A DNA stretch of 63,537 bases, counting the filler, from Dicyema japonicum (lineage: Eukaryota > Animalia > Dicyemida), in assembly GCA_011109175.1 (NCBI GenBank). It is 9 parts of 9 records of this genome, joined end to end, with 100 filler letters (N's around TTAATTAATTAA, not from the genome) between each part and the next. Parts side by side here need not be neighbours in the genome. Positions count along the whole stretch, not along the records: positions 13,638 to 24,198 come from RDEW01000150.1; positions 24,299 to 28,098 come from RDEW01000192.1; positions 28,199 to 31,141 come from RDEW01000139.1; positions 31,242 to 45,187 come from RDEW01000038.1; 5 more parts are not named here. One strand, given 5' to 3'. Within the stretch, counting starts at the first letter, position 1; the number at the start of each line of letters is the position of its first letter. This document shows, in pieces, positions 21,701 to 32,980 of this stretch. The position numbers and the translations under genes are program-made. A model generated the notes under the pieces. That model was not told where the DNA came from. It ran no database searches and worked only from the letters and a program-made list of their open reading frames with translations.

Positions 21701-23038
21701 TTAATGCTCAGGGGGGTCATACTAAATTTTGAACTACCATTGTTCTCTTTTTTATTTTGTTTGAAAAAAATTTGGTTTAAATACATATTAAAATCTTTGA
21801 CGTTTGGATTTTTATAAAAGGCAAAAGTTAAGATTAAAGCTTGAAATTCGATTTTTTATTAAAAGAACTTAAGCATTATATAGAAAGAAATTGAGAAATT
21901 GGCTGTTCCGTTTTTTATTTGTATCGCTGTATAATAAGCATTTTGGTTACGGATATATCTGTGCTTTCGTCCACAATGAGTGTATGGAACCGAGACTCTC
22001 TANTTAATATATATAATAAGCATTTTGGTTACGGATATATCTGTGCTTTCGTCCACAATGAGTGTATGGAACCGAGACTCTCTAATTTCCTGCATACATA
22101 TNNNNNNNNNNNNNNNNNNNNNNNNNNNNNNNNNNNNNNNNNNNNNNNNNNNNNNNNNNNNNNNNNNNNNNNNNNNNNNNNNNNNNNNNNNNNNNNNNNN
22201 NNNNNNNNNNNNNNNNNNNNNNNNNNNNNNNNNNNNNNNNNNNNNNNNNNNNNNNNNNNNNNNNNNNNNNNNNNNNNNNNNNNNNNNNNNNNNNNNNNNN
22301 NNNNNNNNNNNNNNNNNNNNNNNNNNNNNNNNNNNNNNNNNNNNNNNNNNNNNNNNNNNNNNNNNNNNNNNNNNNNNNNNNNNNNNNNNNNNNNNNNNNN
22401 NNNNNNNNNNNNNNNNNNNNNNNNNNNNNNNNNNNNNNNNNNNNNNNNNNNNNNNNNNNNNNNNNNNNNNNNNNNNNNNNNNNNNNNNNNNNNNNNNNNN
22501 NNNNNNNNNNNNNNNNNNNNNNNNNNNNNNNNNNNNNNNNNNNNNNNNNNNNNNNNNNNNNNNNNNNNNNNNNNNNNNNNNNNNNNNNNNNNNNNNNNNN
22601 NNNNNNNNNNNNNNNNNNNNNNNNNNNNNNNNNNNNNNNNNNNNNNNNNNNNNNNNNNNNNNNNNNNNNNNNNNNNNNNNNNNNNNNNNNNNNNNNNNNN
22701 NNNNNNNNNNNNNNNNNNNNNNNNNNNNNNNNNNNNNNNNNNNNNNNNNNNNNNNNNNNNNNNNNNNNNNNNNNNNNNNNNNNNNNNNNNNNNNNNNNNN
22801 NNNNNNNNNNNNNNNNNNNNNNNNNNNNNNNNNNNNNNNNNNNNNNNNNNNNNNNNNNNNNNNNNNNNNNNNNNNNNNNNNNNNNNNNNNNNNNNNNNNN
22901 NNNNNNNNNNNNNNNNNNNNNNNNNNNNNNNNNNNNNNNNNNNNNNNNNNNNNNNNNNNNNNNNNNNNNNNNNNNNNNNNNNNNNNNNNNNNNNNNNNNN
23001 NNNNNNNNNNNNNNNNNNNNNNNNNNNNNNNNNATATA

Positions 23039-24198
23039 CAGTAGCGTGCAAATGTTCCGGACCACCCAATTATTTTTCAATTCTATGTATATTTGGCAGC
23101 TACGGCTTGACTTTCTTAGACAAATTTTAATATTAAATGAATAAATAACTTTTGCACTTTTTCTTTTTCCATAAAATTTTACAATATTGAATTTTTAGCA
23201 GTCACTAAATTTTGACCCGTGCATATGTTCCGGACCACTCATTAATTTAATATATATTTCACACGTTAAATGCTTCGTTTAGTTTCGGTAACCGTGCCTC
23301 AATTATCACTCTGTATAAACTTGAAATGTCTTAAAGAAAAATATCATTATGTGTTGGAATTTTCAAGTCTACGGTTCAGAGAACTCTAAAAAGATTTTCT
23401 ACATGTTCTATAATTCAGGATAAACCAAAATCTGGAAGACCCAAGAAGTTATCAAAAAGAAATGAACGAAATATTGTTTATCGATCAAAAATGGATCCTT
23501 CTAAAACAGCCAATCAAATTAGATCAGATCTCAATTTATCATTATTCGTTTCTGNAAAAAAAATGCGACCACTTCGACAAAAGTACCAAATATTGTTTAT
23601 CTATCAATAATGGATCCTTCTAAAACAGCCAATTAAATTAGATCGGATCTCAATTTGTCATTATTCGTTTCTGTGAATACGATAAAACGATGTTTAAGGT
23701 CCAATAATCTTCATGGTAGAATAATGGTATAAAAACCGAAACTTTTAAAAACAAATTTGAAGTCAAGATTAGACTGGTGTATTGAAAAACTTAGATGGGG
23801 ATTTGAAGAATGGAGTAATGTAATTTTTTCGGATGAATGTCGAATTATGTTATTTCCAAATGTTAGAAGATATGTTAGAGGACCAGAAAAATGTAGAAAT
23901 GAGAAAAAATATTCATCAGAAACTGTAAAGTTTTCTCCGAATATCTTGGTATGGAGTGCTATCACTTCAACTGGAAAAAAAGCATTGGTTTTGAGTATAA
24001 AAAATGTTGATTCTAATGAATACCAAAGAATTCTCGAAGAAGGATTAGAAAATATAGATTTTCAAAATATGATGTTCCAGCAAGATGAAACGCCATGCCA
24101 CAAATCGAGATCCACCATTCAATATCTTGATCAGAAGAGAGTTAAATTACTTGAAAAGTGGCCGAATCATCACCGGATTTAAACATTATTGAAAACCT
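23039..24198 (+). mobile_element. Tc1-family transposon, left end plus most of a DD34E-type transposase (degenerate, truncated by the contig end)
   Basis: TA|CAGT terminus at 23037-23042. Reads KSGRPKKLS..WSNVIFSDE..VWSAIT..FQQDETPCH..W..PDLNIIENL. Confidence 0.88.
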
Positions 24199-24329
24199 NN
24201 NNNNNNNNNNNNNNNNNNNNNNNNNNNNNNNNNNNNNNNNNNTTAATTAATTAANNNNNNNNNNNNNNNNNNNNNNNNNNNNNNNNNNNNNNNNNNNNAA
24301 AAAAAAGTTATTTGTTATGAAAAAATCTC

Positions 24330-24640
24330 AATTATGCCCTTGCACGCAATGGGTGTTACTTCTCATTATCGCGAGCCCAATGTTTTTAAAAATCTATCGC
24401 GTCATTCTAGACTCATCCCTCGGAGTCCTGCAAGTCGTCCGATTATTCTGATAAACTTAGAAATGATCGGGCCAATAACTCCAGACGTATCAAAGGAGAT
24501 CGGGCCACGGTAATTCCTTCTGTTCAAATCTTCAGAAGTGTTCGCTGCGCTGGTACCTGCACACAATGATGAGTTAAATAAATTCGCTTTAGAGTAAGTG
24601 TTCGTGTACATTGAATTCGAAGTGAGACACCTTTCTTGGC
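24330..24640 (-). mobile_element. CRE-like element 3' relic
   Basis: Reads SSLCAGTSAA..PISFDTSGVIGP..IGLAIMRSN; the DNA resembles 57900-58050. Confidence 0.7.
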
Positions 24641-26959
24641 TTCATGTCATGATCTTTAAGACATTTTAATATTACTTTTACCTAATTATTTATTTTTCAA
24701 CTCATCTAACTTTACTCGCCTCAAAACCACACTATGAAGACTAATTGATGCATGGAAAACCCAAAAACTACTTAACAGGGTAATATCTTCTAATCGAGTT
24801 ATTACAATAAGACATCACATGCCTCTTCTTTTTGAAAGATCCCATTAACGTAACCACATTACGTTTACATCACCGATTGGAAATGCTCAGTCCACATAGC
24901 ACAATGATAATCAAATTTCGAATGTAGGCCATGTCCAAATTTAATCGCGACCTATATACATAATATATTAGTTCATTCAAATATTTTAGTTCATTGAAAT
25001 ACATAATATATTAGTTCATTCACTAACATGGACTCAATTCTCAAACATGCTTAGTGGAATTAAATCCCACCCATATGCTTTATTGCTACTTCAAAAAATC
25101 GTGATTTTATTTCTTGGTGGCACAGTACAGTGATTTAGTGCATCTACCTTAAGTATCTAGTGCAATCTTCAATACCACGGTCCACTTCTATACTTCAGCC
25201 AACTGCTTGCATTGCCTATGGAACTCTTCACTGGAATCGTTGAATCTAAGTCAAGGTATGTTCCTTACCTCCTTTTATATTTTTGTTGTACGAGTCTGTA
25301 AACGATCCAATTCCACAGTGAGGTATTCACTTTTAAAGGCGTCACGCAAAAAAATTAAGAAGCATTGTAAATGCGTGGACCCTGATTAAAAAACAGCAAA
25401 ATTCGAAACCAGAACAATCCGGATTTTTCTATGTTTTATGACACTACATCATGCTTTGCACAGAGTAAATCACACAAGTTACACAGAAGATATAAGATTC
25501 CTTGTTTCTTTAGTTTATTCTCAGTTATTATTAAGACTTCCATCTTCTTCGCTAAAAGCAACCAGCTTGAAGGCCCATTGTGTTCTCCCGAAACTATGTA
25601 ATTGTCAATAATTAATCGATTCCCATACTTATAACAAATTTCCCATGAGGATCTATTATCATGAGATATTTTCATTTATACCTCAATTTGAATAAGAAGC
25701 TCTTTGAAACAGGAGTTGTATCGGTCAGGTAAACACAAGAGCGTGGGAATTTTTTTTAAACCCCAAGACCACAAAGAAAGAATTAAAATTGCCGATTTTT
25801 AATTATATTTTTTTGACCTACTTGGTTGAAAGCTCTCATGCTATAATAAGTACCTTATATCTTAGTTCAATCGATGCGCTGCACCGCGACCCAACTCTCT
25901 CAGAAAAGACCCAACGTCATCACGGCATCAAAAAAGCATCAAAAAGAATTATTTTATCTTTCTGACATTAATGTATGAATAGTTAGATATTTACGAAGAT
26001 GAGGTTGATGTATCTCCAAACTAAATTTATTATCTAGATTCATCAAAGAGAGAATCCTGAAGAGCAACCAACAATTTCTCCATCAGGTTTTATACCATAT
26101 TACTTCTTATAAATTTACATTTCATGGAACGAAAATTTAGTGACTTATATTTTTAGATTGTACTAGAAAAGGTTTAATGACNGATGAGGTTGATGTATCT
26201 CCATACTAAAATTATTATCTAGATCCACCAAGGAGAGAATCCTGAAGAGCAACCAACAATTTCTCCATCAGGTTTTATACCATATTACTTCTTATAGATA
26301 TACATTTCATTGTACAAAAATTTAATGACTTATATTTTTAGATTGTACTAGAAAAAATTTAATAACTGATTTTTACAAATAGCTTCAAAAAAATTCGGTC
26401 GCAATCATCAGGTTCAAATTATTATTTTGCATAGATTACGCAATCATATACAAGAGGTTTAGCGACCTATTATTTACCGTAGATTGCAGAAAACCTTAAA
26501 GAACTTGTATAATGTGTCATTATTCCCCGAGGCTGTCAATCTTGATCAACAATTGGTATAATGTATGATTACTATTTCTTATTTAGTGCTAAAGGACATA
26601 CATATTGTCTAATATTTAATTAATCTTCTTGTCTCTAAAAAAACTTATAGAAAAATAATCAACGACTGACAACTCTATAGAACTTCCAACCATCCCCTAT
26701 CACATGTTTTATGTTTGAATAATTCCATAAGTTATGATTATACAGTAAACTCTTTAAATATGCCATTTGAAATTTGCCAATTCTGAAATTTGCCAATTCT
26801 GAAATTTGCCAAAATTTACCAACATTTTAAAAAAATATTAAAAGTTTTAAATATTTTAAAAAATTTTAAATATTTAAATAATTTAAAGCAAGCATGGGTT
26901 GTATTGTTCCTGTGGGAGGCTGCACCAGATTTTTAATTGCTCAAAAAGTTGAAACATTG

Positions 26960-28098
26960 CAGTATGACGAAACCAATAAATCAACTTAATGTCAGACGAT
27001 ATGCAACAGATTTTCTTCTATTTCTTATCCATGAAGGAGGATGGTTTTCCNGTAAAAAAAAAAAAAAAAAAATTTAAAGCAAGCATGGGTTGTATAGTTC
27101 CTGTGGGAGGCTACACCAGATTTTCAATTGCTCAAAAAGTTGAAACATTGCAGTATGACGAAACCAATAAATCAACTTAATGTCAGACGATATGCAACAG
27201 ATTTTCTTCTATTTCTTATCCGTGAAGGAGGATAGTTTTCCAGGTACACTCTAATTTTGTGTGGTGATGTTGAATCCAACGCAGGCCCTGAAATCAACAT
27301 GGTCCAGATCAAAATTAACGGAATGCGAAACAAGGTTCTGGAAGTCCGTCACCTACATAATAGAAATGAAATTGAAATTGCTCTAGTCCAAGAGACAAAG
27401 CTCCAAACAAACATACTAACATCAACCTTTCCCGGATACTCCGTTAACCGTAAAGACAGAAACATTACGTATGATGGATGACTAATGACACTAACAAGAA
27501 ATGGAATTCAATATGAAGATATTNGTGTGGTGATGTCGAATCAAACCCAGGCCCTGAATTCAACCTGGTCCAGATCAATATTAACGGAATGCGAAACAAG
27601 GTACTGGAAGTCCGCCACTTACATAATAGAAATGAAATTGAAATTGCTCTAGTCCAAGAGACAAAGCTCCAAACAAACATACGAACCCCAACCTTTCCCG
27701 GATACTCCGTTAACCGTAAAGACGGAAACATTACGTATGATGGAGGACTAATGACACTAACAAGAAATGGAATTTAATATGAAGATATTTCAAACAAAAT
27801 CCGGAAATTCTATCGAGAAGACGACCCTTTTGAACTAATTGGCACAAGTATTAGAATTCCCAGGAAAACTATAAATAATTTCAATGTATATATCCCACCT
27901 ACTAGCTCCTGTCCAAGTGAGTATTACCCTAACCCCTAGAATTTCTCAAACCTCAAAAACGTACTACTAGGTGGTGACATCAACGGCAAACATCAATTAT
28001 CATTGGCTTATATCAAATCTAACAATTTTCTCTACATATAGAAGATCATTATACTCTCCCAAAATCAAATTATTTGGATATGAAATTCCTATGAATAA
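26960..28098 (+). mobile_element. APE-type LINE ORF2 start with a 2A-like motif and the endonuclease N-terminus (two overlapping copies around single Ns)
   Basis: Reads CGDVESNAGP / CGDVESNPGP, then QININGMRNK..ALVQETKL..RKD..GGLMTL..NVYIPP..GGDINGKH. Confidence 0.85.
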
Positions 28099-28198
28099 NN
28101 NNNNNNNNNNNNNNNNNNNNNNNNNNNNNNNNNNNNNNNNNNTTAATTAATTAANNNNNNNNNNNNNNNNNNNNNNNNNNNNNNNNNNNNNNNNNNNN

Positions 28199-29417
28199 TG
28201 AATGACTTGGACTAACCTTGATGACTTCCTGGGCACACAGACTGCCAATGACTGCGTCCATGGGGCAGAGACGTCCTCCACAGTAAATAAGGGAATTGGT
28301 TGTGGAGGACACGAGTGGAAGGACTGAGCGAGGACTTGGAAGGCACGAGCATCAGCCTGGTGTCGAATGTGAGAATACCTCATCCCTGACTGAGGGCATT
28401 CGGTGATAAGTGTGGACGAATAATTCGAGAGTGCGAAGGCGGAATGAGTGGAGGCATATTGTGAGGGACAGTCGTGCAATGGCAGTGAGGAGGGAGTTCT
28501 ACAATGAGAGGGGGGCGTACGAAGGACATGAGGACGGGGACTTTGACAGCCCTCACTACTCCTCCTCCCTCGTACTTGCCGAATGAGGCATCGATGGAGA
28601 AGGACGAACTGCCTGAATGATGAGTGGTGGTTACTGATGACTCGGATTGGCATCGGGGGGTGCTCGTTTATTCCACTCATTCCCTAACTTGGGAAAACGT
28701 GACGAGACTGTGGTCGTCCAAGTCGAGAGGGTGGTCGTCGTGGACTAGGACGACTCCATTCTACACACTCAGAGAGGACAGTACTTGGTCAATACACGTC
28801 ACGAGAGAAGGGCGAGGGACAATCCCGTGGTGTCATACACAGTGAAGGCCTCTCCAAAGTCGCAGAATATTTGTCTGGGAATGAGAGGACTGACCAACCC
28901 AAACACACCCAACGAATTACACAAAATGAAGAGAATATTGGCGTGACGACACCACTCATTTATTCGGGCGGCCTCCCCACTCATTTGGATGTTGTCGGTG
29001 ACCACCACCATGCTATACTCACTCAACACTTGCTCCGTCAACTCCCCCGTCCTACACTCCACCACCACGTTCTCGTTCAGTTCTCTCAACCGTCCCACAC
29101 ACGCACTCGCTCTGTTCTCCCCCACACTCCCCGCGTAGAACTATTCTCACACTACTCACTCTCACTTGGCTCGACAGGTCCTCCATTCCCGTCATCCCCG
29201 TGTCCTGCACACACACCACCCCAATCCCCGCCAGGATTATATTCTTCGCTATCTCCACCCCAGTCCCCCCATTCCCGATATCAACACCCGCGCACTACTC
29301 ATTTTCCGCATTGCTTGGTGCCCCAGAACATATCTACCATATTCAACATCGCTCACACAGTTGCCGTGAATACAGTCCCTCGTCTATTTCTGTCTTCATT
29401 CGTTTAGCACCACTCAT
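28199..29417 (-). pseudogene. UBA1: Ubiquitin-activating enzyme E1 (UBA1), 5' part, introns intact but several frameshifts
   Basis: Reads IDEGLYSRQLYVLG..GLGVEIAKNIILAG..DLSSQFY..QIFCDFG..CPMDAVIGSLCAQEVIK. Introns at 29334-29358, 29141-29165, 28875-28898, 28761-28784, 28613-28634, 28499-28520, 28357-28378. There are at least 4 frame breaks; sequencing error is not excluded. Confidence 0.8.
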
Positions 29418-29689
29418 CTATTTTAGTATTAACAATATAGCTTATCATTCACAACACAACTACTATAGCCACACATCAACATTACATTTCATCACTCCTT
29501 TCTCATTTTCAAATTTTGGTTTACCACTCTATTACAGTTCAAATTAAATAATTTTGTATTACCATTAAATTTGTTGTTGTGGTGTGTGCATGTACAAACA
29601 GTTAAGGAAAACGAAACCTATGGGCCTTCCTGCAGATAAAAATAGTTTGAAAAAGACAGGACCGTCGCCTGTGGGGCCTCATAATGCCA

Positions 29690-30184
29690 CAAGAGCTAAT
29701 TCTGTTAATGAAGATCTGTTGGTGATGCTGCTAAAACAAACTTGCATTCTCTTTCTGCGATCATTGGAAATGTCAATGGTGTCTCTGAAGGCGAATGGGT
29801 GTCTCAGATTGCCCTTGCCACGAAGCAAAGACTTGGAAGAATGCCAAGAGGTGGCTGGAACCTTGTCCTGGAGAAGTTCAATGAGAAGTACTCGGCAAAG
29901 TGCTCCAGTTATGCCAACTAAAGAGCATGGCTAGACGGAATAACAAGGTAGATGCGACTCTTCCAGAGTGCAAGATGACGTGGAAGTAGAAATCTCCAAT
30001 TTCAGACATTGCCTAGAGGAACTCAAATTCCAAATTGTGAAAGTCCAGTCTATTCAGAGAGACTCTCGAAAGCCAACTCCAAAGGTGCAGCGAAGGATGG
30101 TGAAAACTGATATCCTGGCTGGATTAAATTCTGCAATTTATCATATTACAAAAGATGATCCGCCCCAAGATATTAATCAAATTA
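29690..30184 (+). mobile_element. R4-like RLE retroelement, N-terminal region relic
   Basis: Reads EWVSQIALATKQR..PRGGWNLVLEKFNEKYS..RKPTPKVQR; homologous to 40730-41340, which leads into an RT. Confidence 0.75.
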
Positions 30185-31141
30185 CAGTAAAGTCTCTCGA
30201 ATCCGCCAATTTCGGGGATCGGCAAAAATCTGGCGGATTCGAGAATTTGGCGGATTCGAGAGACTGATTGATTTTTTCATCCATTAATAATGTAAAGCAA
30301 AAAAATTATTCATAACAAAATAAATCAGTAATTTTTGATTTGTTTTTTTAGAGTTCGGATCATTGAAGTTCCAAGCTTTTCAATGGATTCGAGATTTTCG
30401 ACATCGAAGAATTCTTCTTGATTATAGAATTCTTTTAATTTATTTAAAGCTTGAAAAGCCTCGTTAAAAGTTACACCTTTCTGACTTTCCTCTAGGTGTT
30501 CTTCACTATCAATTTCTTGTTCTATTGTCTCGGAATCATTCAAATCAAATTCTTCATTTTCATTGTAATCAATTTCGATATAAAGTTTCTCTTCTGAAGG
30601 ATCACTTATGTTCATTTTTTCTAGAATATATTCGTAATTTTCAATGACAGGGTTTTCATAATTTATACTTTCAATGTTTTGAATTCATTTTGCGTGTGTG
30701 AAGCATTTGAATATTTTGGAACTATCAATCTTGTTCCATGCATAAAGTGTGAAATAGTTATATGATTTAGTTCATTATTCCTGGTCTCCGAGAATTTTTG
30801 TCCTCTTAGGAGGGCTTTCGCTAACACACCATCTGTTTCATCCGAGGGGTCTTCGCAAAATTAGTTTGCCATTTCGGCCAACTGACTGGTTGCCGTAATG
30901 ACTTCTTCTTGAGATGTATGGATGCCATGCCATAATGTGTGAATAATATTGCATCTTTTAAGTTTAATTTTTTTGTATGCAATATAAGGTTTTATCCCAG
31001 CTTCAATTTTCTGAATAATATTTGAAAATTTAAGAGAATTGAAATTGCATTTGTACGATTTAATTATACCCTGGTCCAGTGGTTGAAAAAACGACGTTGT
31101 ATTCGGTGGTAGAAATATTATTTCAATGTGGTTTAATCATT
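30185..31141 (-). mobile_element. pogo/Tigger transposon 3' half with its terminal repeat
   Basis: Reads IIFLPPNTTSFFQPLDQGIIKSYK (DDE-1) and an acidic C-terminus. TA|CAGTAAAGTCTCTCGAATCCGCC end at 30183-30207. Confidence 0.85.
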
Positions 31142-31241
31142 NNNNNNNNNNNNNNNNNNNNNNNNNNNNNNNNNNNNNNNNNNNNTTAATTAATTAANNN
31201 NNNNNNNNNNNNNNNNNNNNNNNNNNNNNNNNNNNNNNNNN

Positions 31242-31640
31242 ATCACAAGATTGAGTCACTTTCTTTCGGCGGCACTTTTATCACCAGAGTAGATGTTAAG
31301 GGACGTTCTTTAGAGGTTTCTCGGGGTTCCTTCTTAGAGATGATCTCCCAGACATGGTCTATCAACTGATAGTCGGTGGTTATCTGTTCCATGAAGTTCT
31401 TCCATCATAAATACAATAAAACCTTGAATTTTCGGTCACTGACGGGAAGGTTTTCTATTTTTTGGATCATTTCTAGCATTGATAGGACATTTGGGTGGAC
31501 TCTGAGATTTCTTTTGTAATCGTTGATATTCTTGGATATTTTATTTGTCATTACCTTGAGAATTAACTCCCGTCCGTGTCTTTTGGCACGTTTTTTAGCA
31601 CCAGAGTAGCAGTTGTGCTTTCGTCCTGCAAAATGACTTG
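31242..31640 (-). mobile_element. R4-like RLE retroelement N-terminal relic
   Basis: RKPSRQ*PKIQ..LIDHVWEIISKKEP resembles the RKPTPKIQ region of 29968-30180 and 41260-41340. Confidence 0.5.
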
Positions 31641-32980
31641 AATTATATAAATTTAATACTCGAACTTTGTCTTACATTCAATGCAAAAGACAAATTGAAA
31701 TTTACAGAAACGGTAATGGTTTTTTATATGTCTTCGTGTTAAAAGTATTCCACATTCAGAACAAACAAAGTCACACACATACATTCAAATTAGCAAATTT
31801 ATAAAATTATTTTATTAAATTTAAATCTACCATTATTCATTCAAATTTATAATTTAATATTTAAATTATAGGTCGTCGAAACATTCCTATTCCCTCTACG
31901 CGATTACAGAGGATTAATGGAGTAACATTCGACTCTAATTGCCGGGATCACGTGATTAGCTAGTTTGGTGTTACTTTGGTCTTTGGGAATTTTTTAATTT
32001 AATATACTTCCTACTTATCCGACATATCACAACATCGGGTTTCCAATCACCCATTTCATCTATCATGGTATTAAGTAGACAAGTGGTACGAGGAGGTTCC
32101 TATAACTTGTCAAGGACATGTATCTGCCTTTGAAATAAATACACAATGGACATTAATTAACTCTTAACCTCTTTCCAGTATATCACGATTATTAAATTCT
32201 CTCATTTGATTGAATTATCTGGAGAAGCCGTTAGAGTATATGGACTTAAACGCTTTTTTACAACATGGCAAATCAAATTAATAATAAATAATATACTTGG
32301 TAACCTCTCCCTCATTGTATATAAAGAATTAAATATAACCATAACTTTATCTCGGCAAAATACATAACTAGAAAACACAAAACCAGTTTTTTCCAGAGAA
32401 CAAGCATCCAAAAAAGTCTGATTCATTCTTGAACATAGCATATTTCTGAATGGAAAAGAATTCAGAGATTTCTTTGCTTGCATTAATTCTCTAAAATTAT
32501 TTCGAACTACAGATCTTACTTGTATCTTTCTATAACAATTCACTATTACTTTATTTATAAACCCCGGATACACCGAGAAAGAAGTTAAAGTAAACAACTA
32601 ATTAAGTGTATCCAGTTTACACTTCCACAGAAACAGAGTCCATCCGGAATCAACATTACATGCAGTTGTGGAAACCTCTCCAGTGGAGTGGGGGAGAGCA
32701 GATGATCCTTTTTCGTGCCGGCCGGCGCCACCTAGATAGGTGGATCACATGACAGCACTCTAATAGGAAGAGAGGGAGGAACAGACGAACAAAACTGAAA
32801 TTTCAACCAATTAGCCACAAAGCACCACATGGCGCCACGCGGCTATTATTTCTTGATAACACATTGACTAACTTTATACGATATGGTTTTTCGCACAGGC
32901 CGGGACACATNNNNNNNNNNNNNNNNNNNNNNNNNNNNNNNNNNNNNNNNNNNNNNNNNNNNNNNNNNNNNNNNNNNNNN

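Noticed and set aside
28199-29417. UBA1 segment as certain contamination from an unrelated protist
   Set aside because: Its 22-25-nt introns match the other genes here, and composition alone is not enough to call it. It is kept only as part of the mixed-species hypothesis.
28147-29934. Overlapping ORFs on both strands around UBA1 (28624-28845, 28871-29407, 29166-29547, 29584-29934) as genes
   Set aside because: They are shadow frames of GC-rich UBA1 exons or off-frame readings of the retroelement relic.
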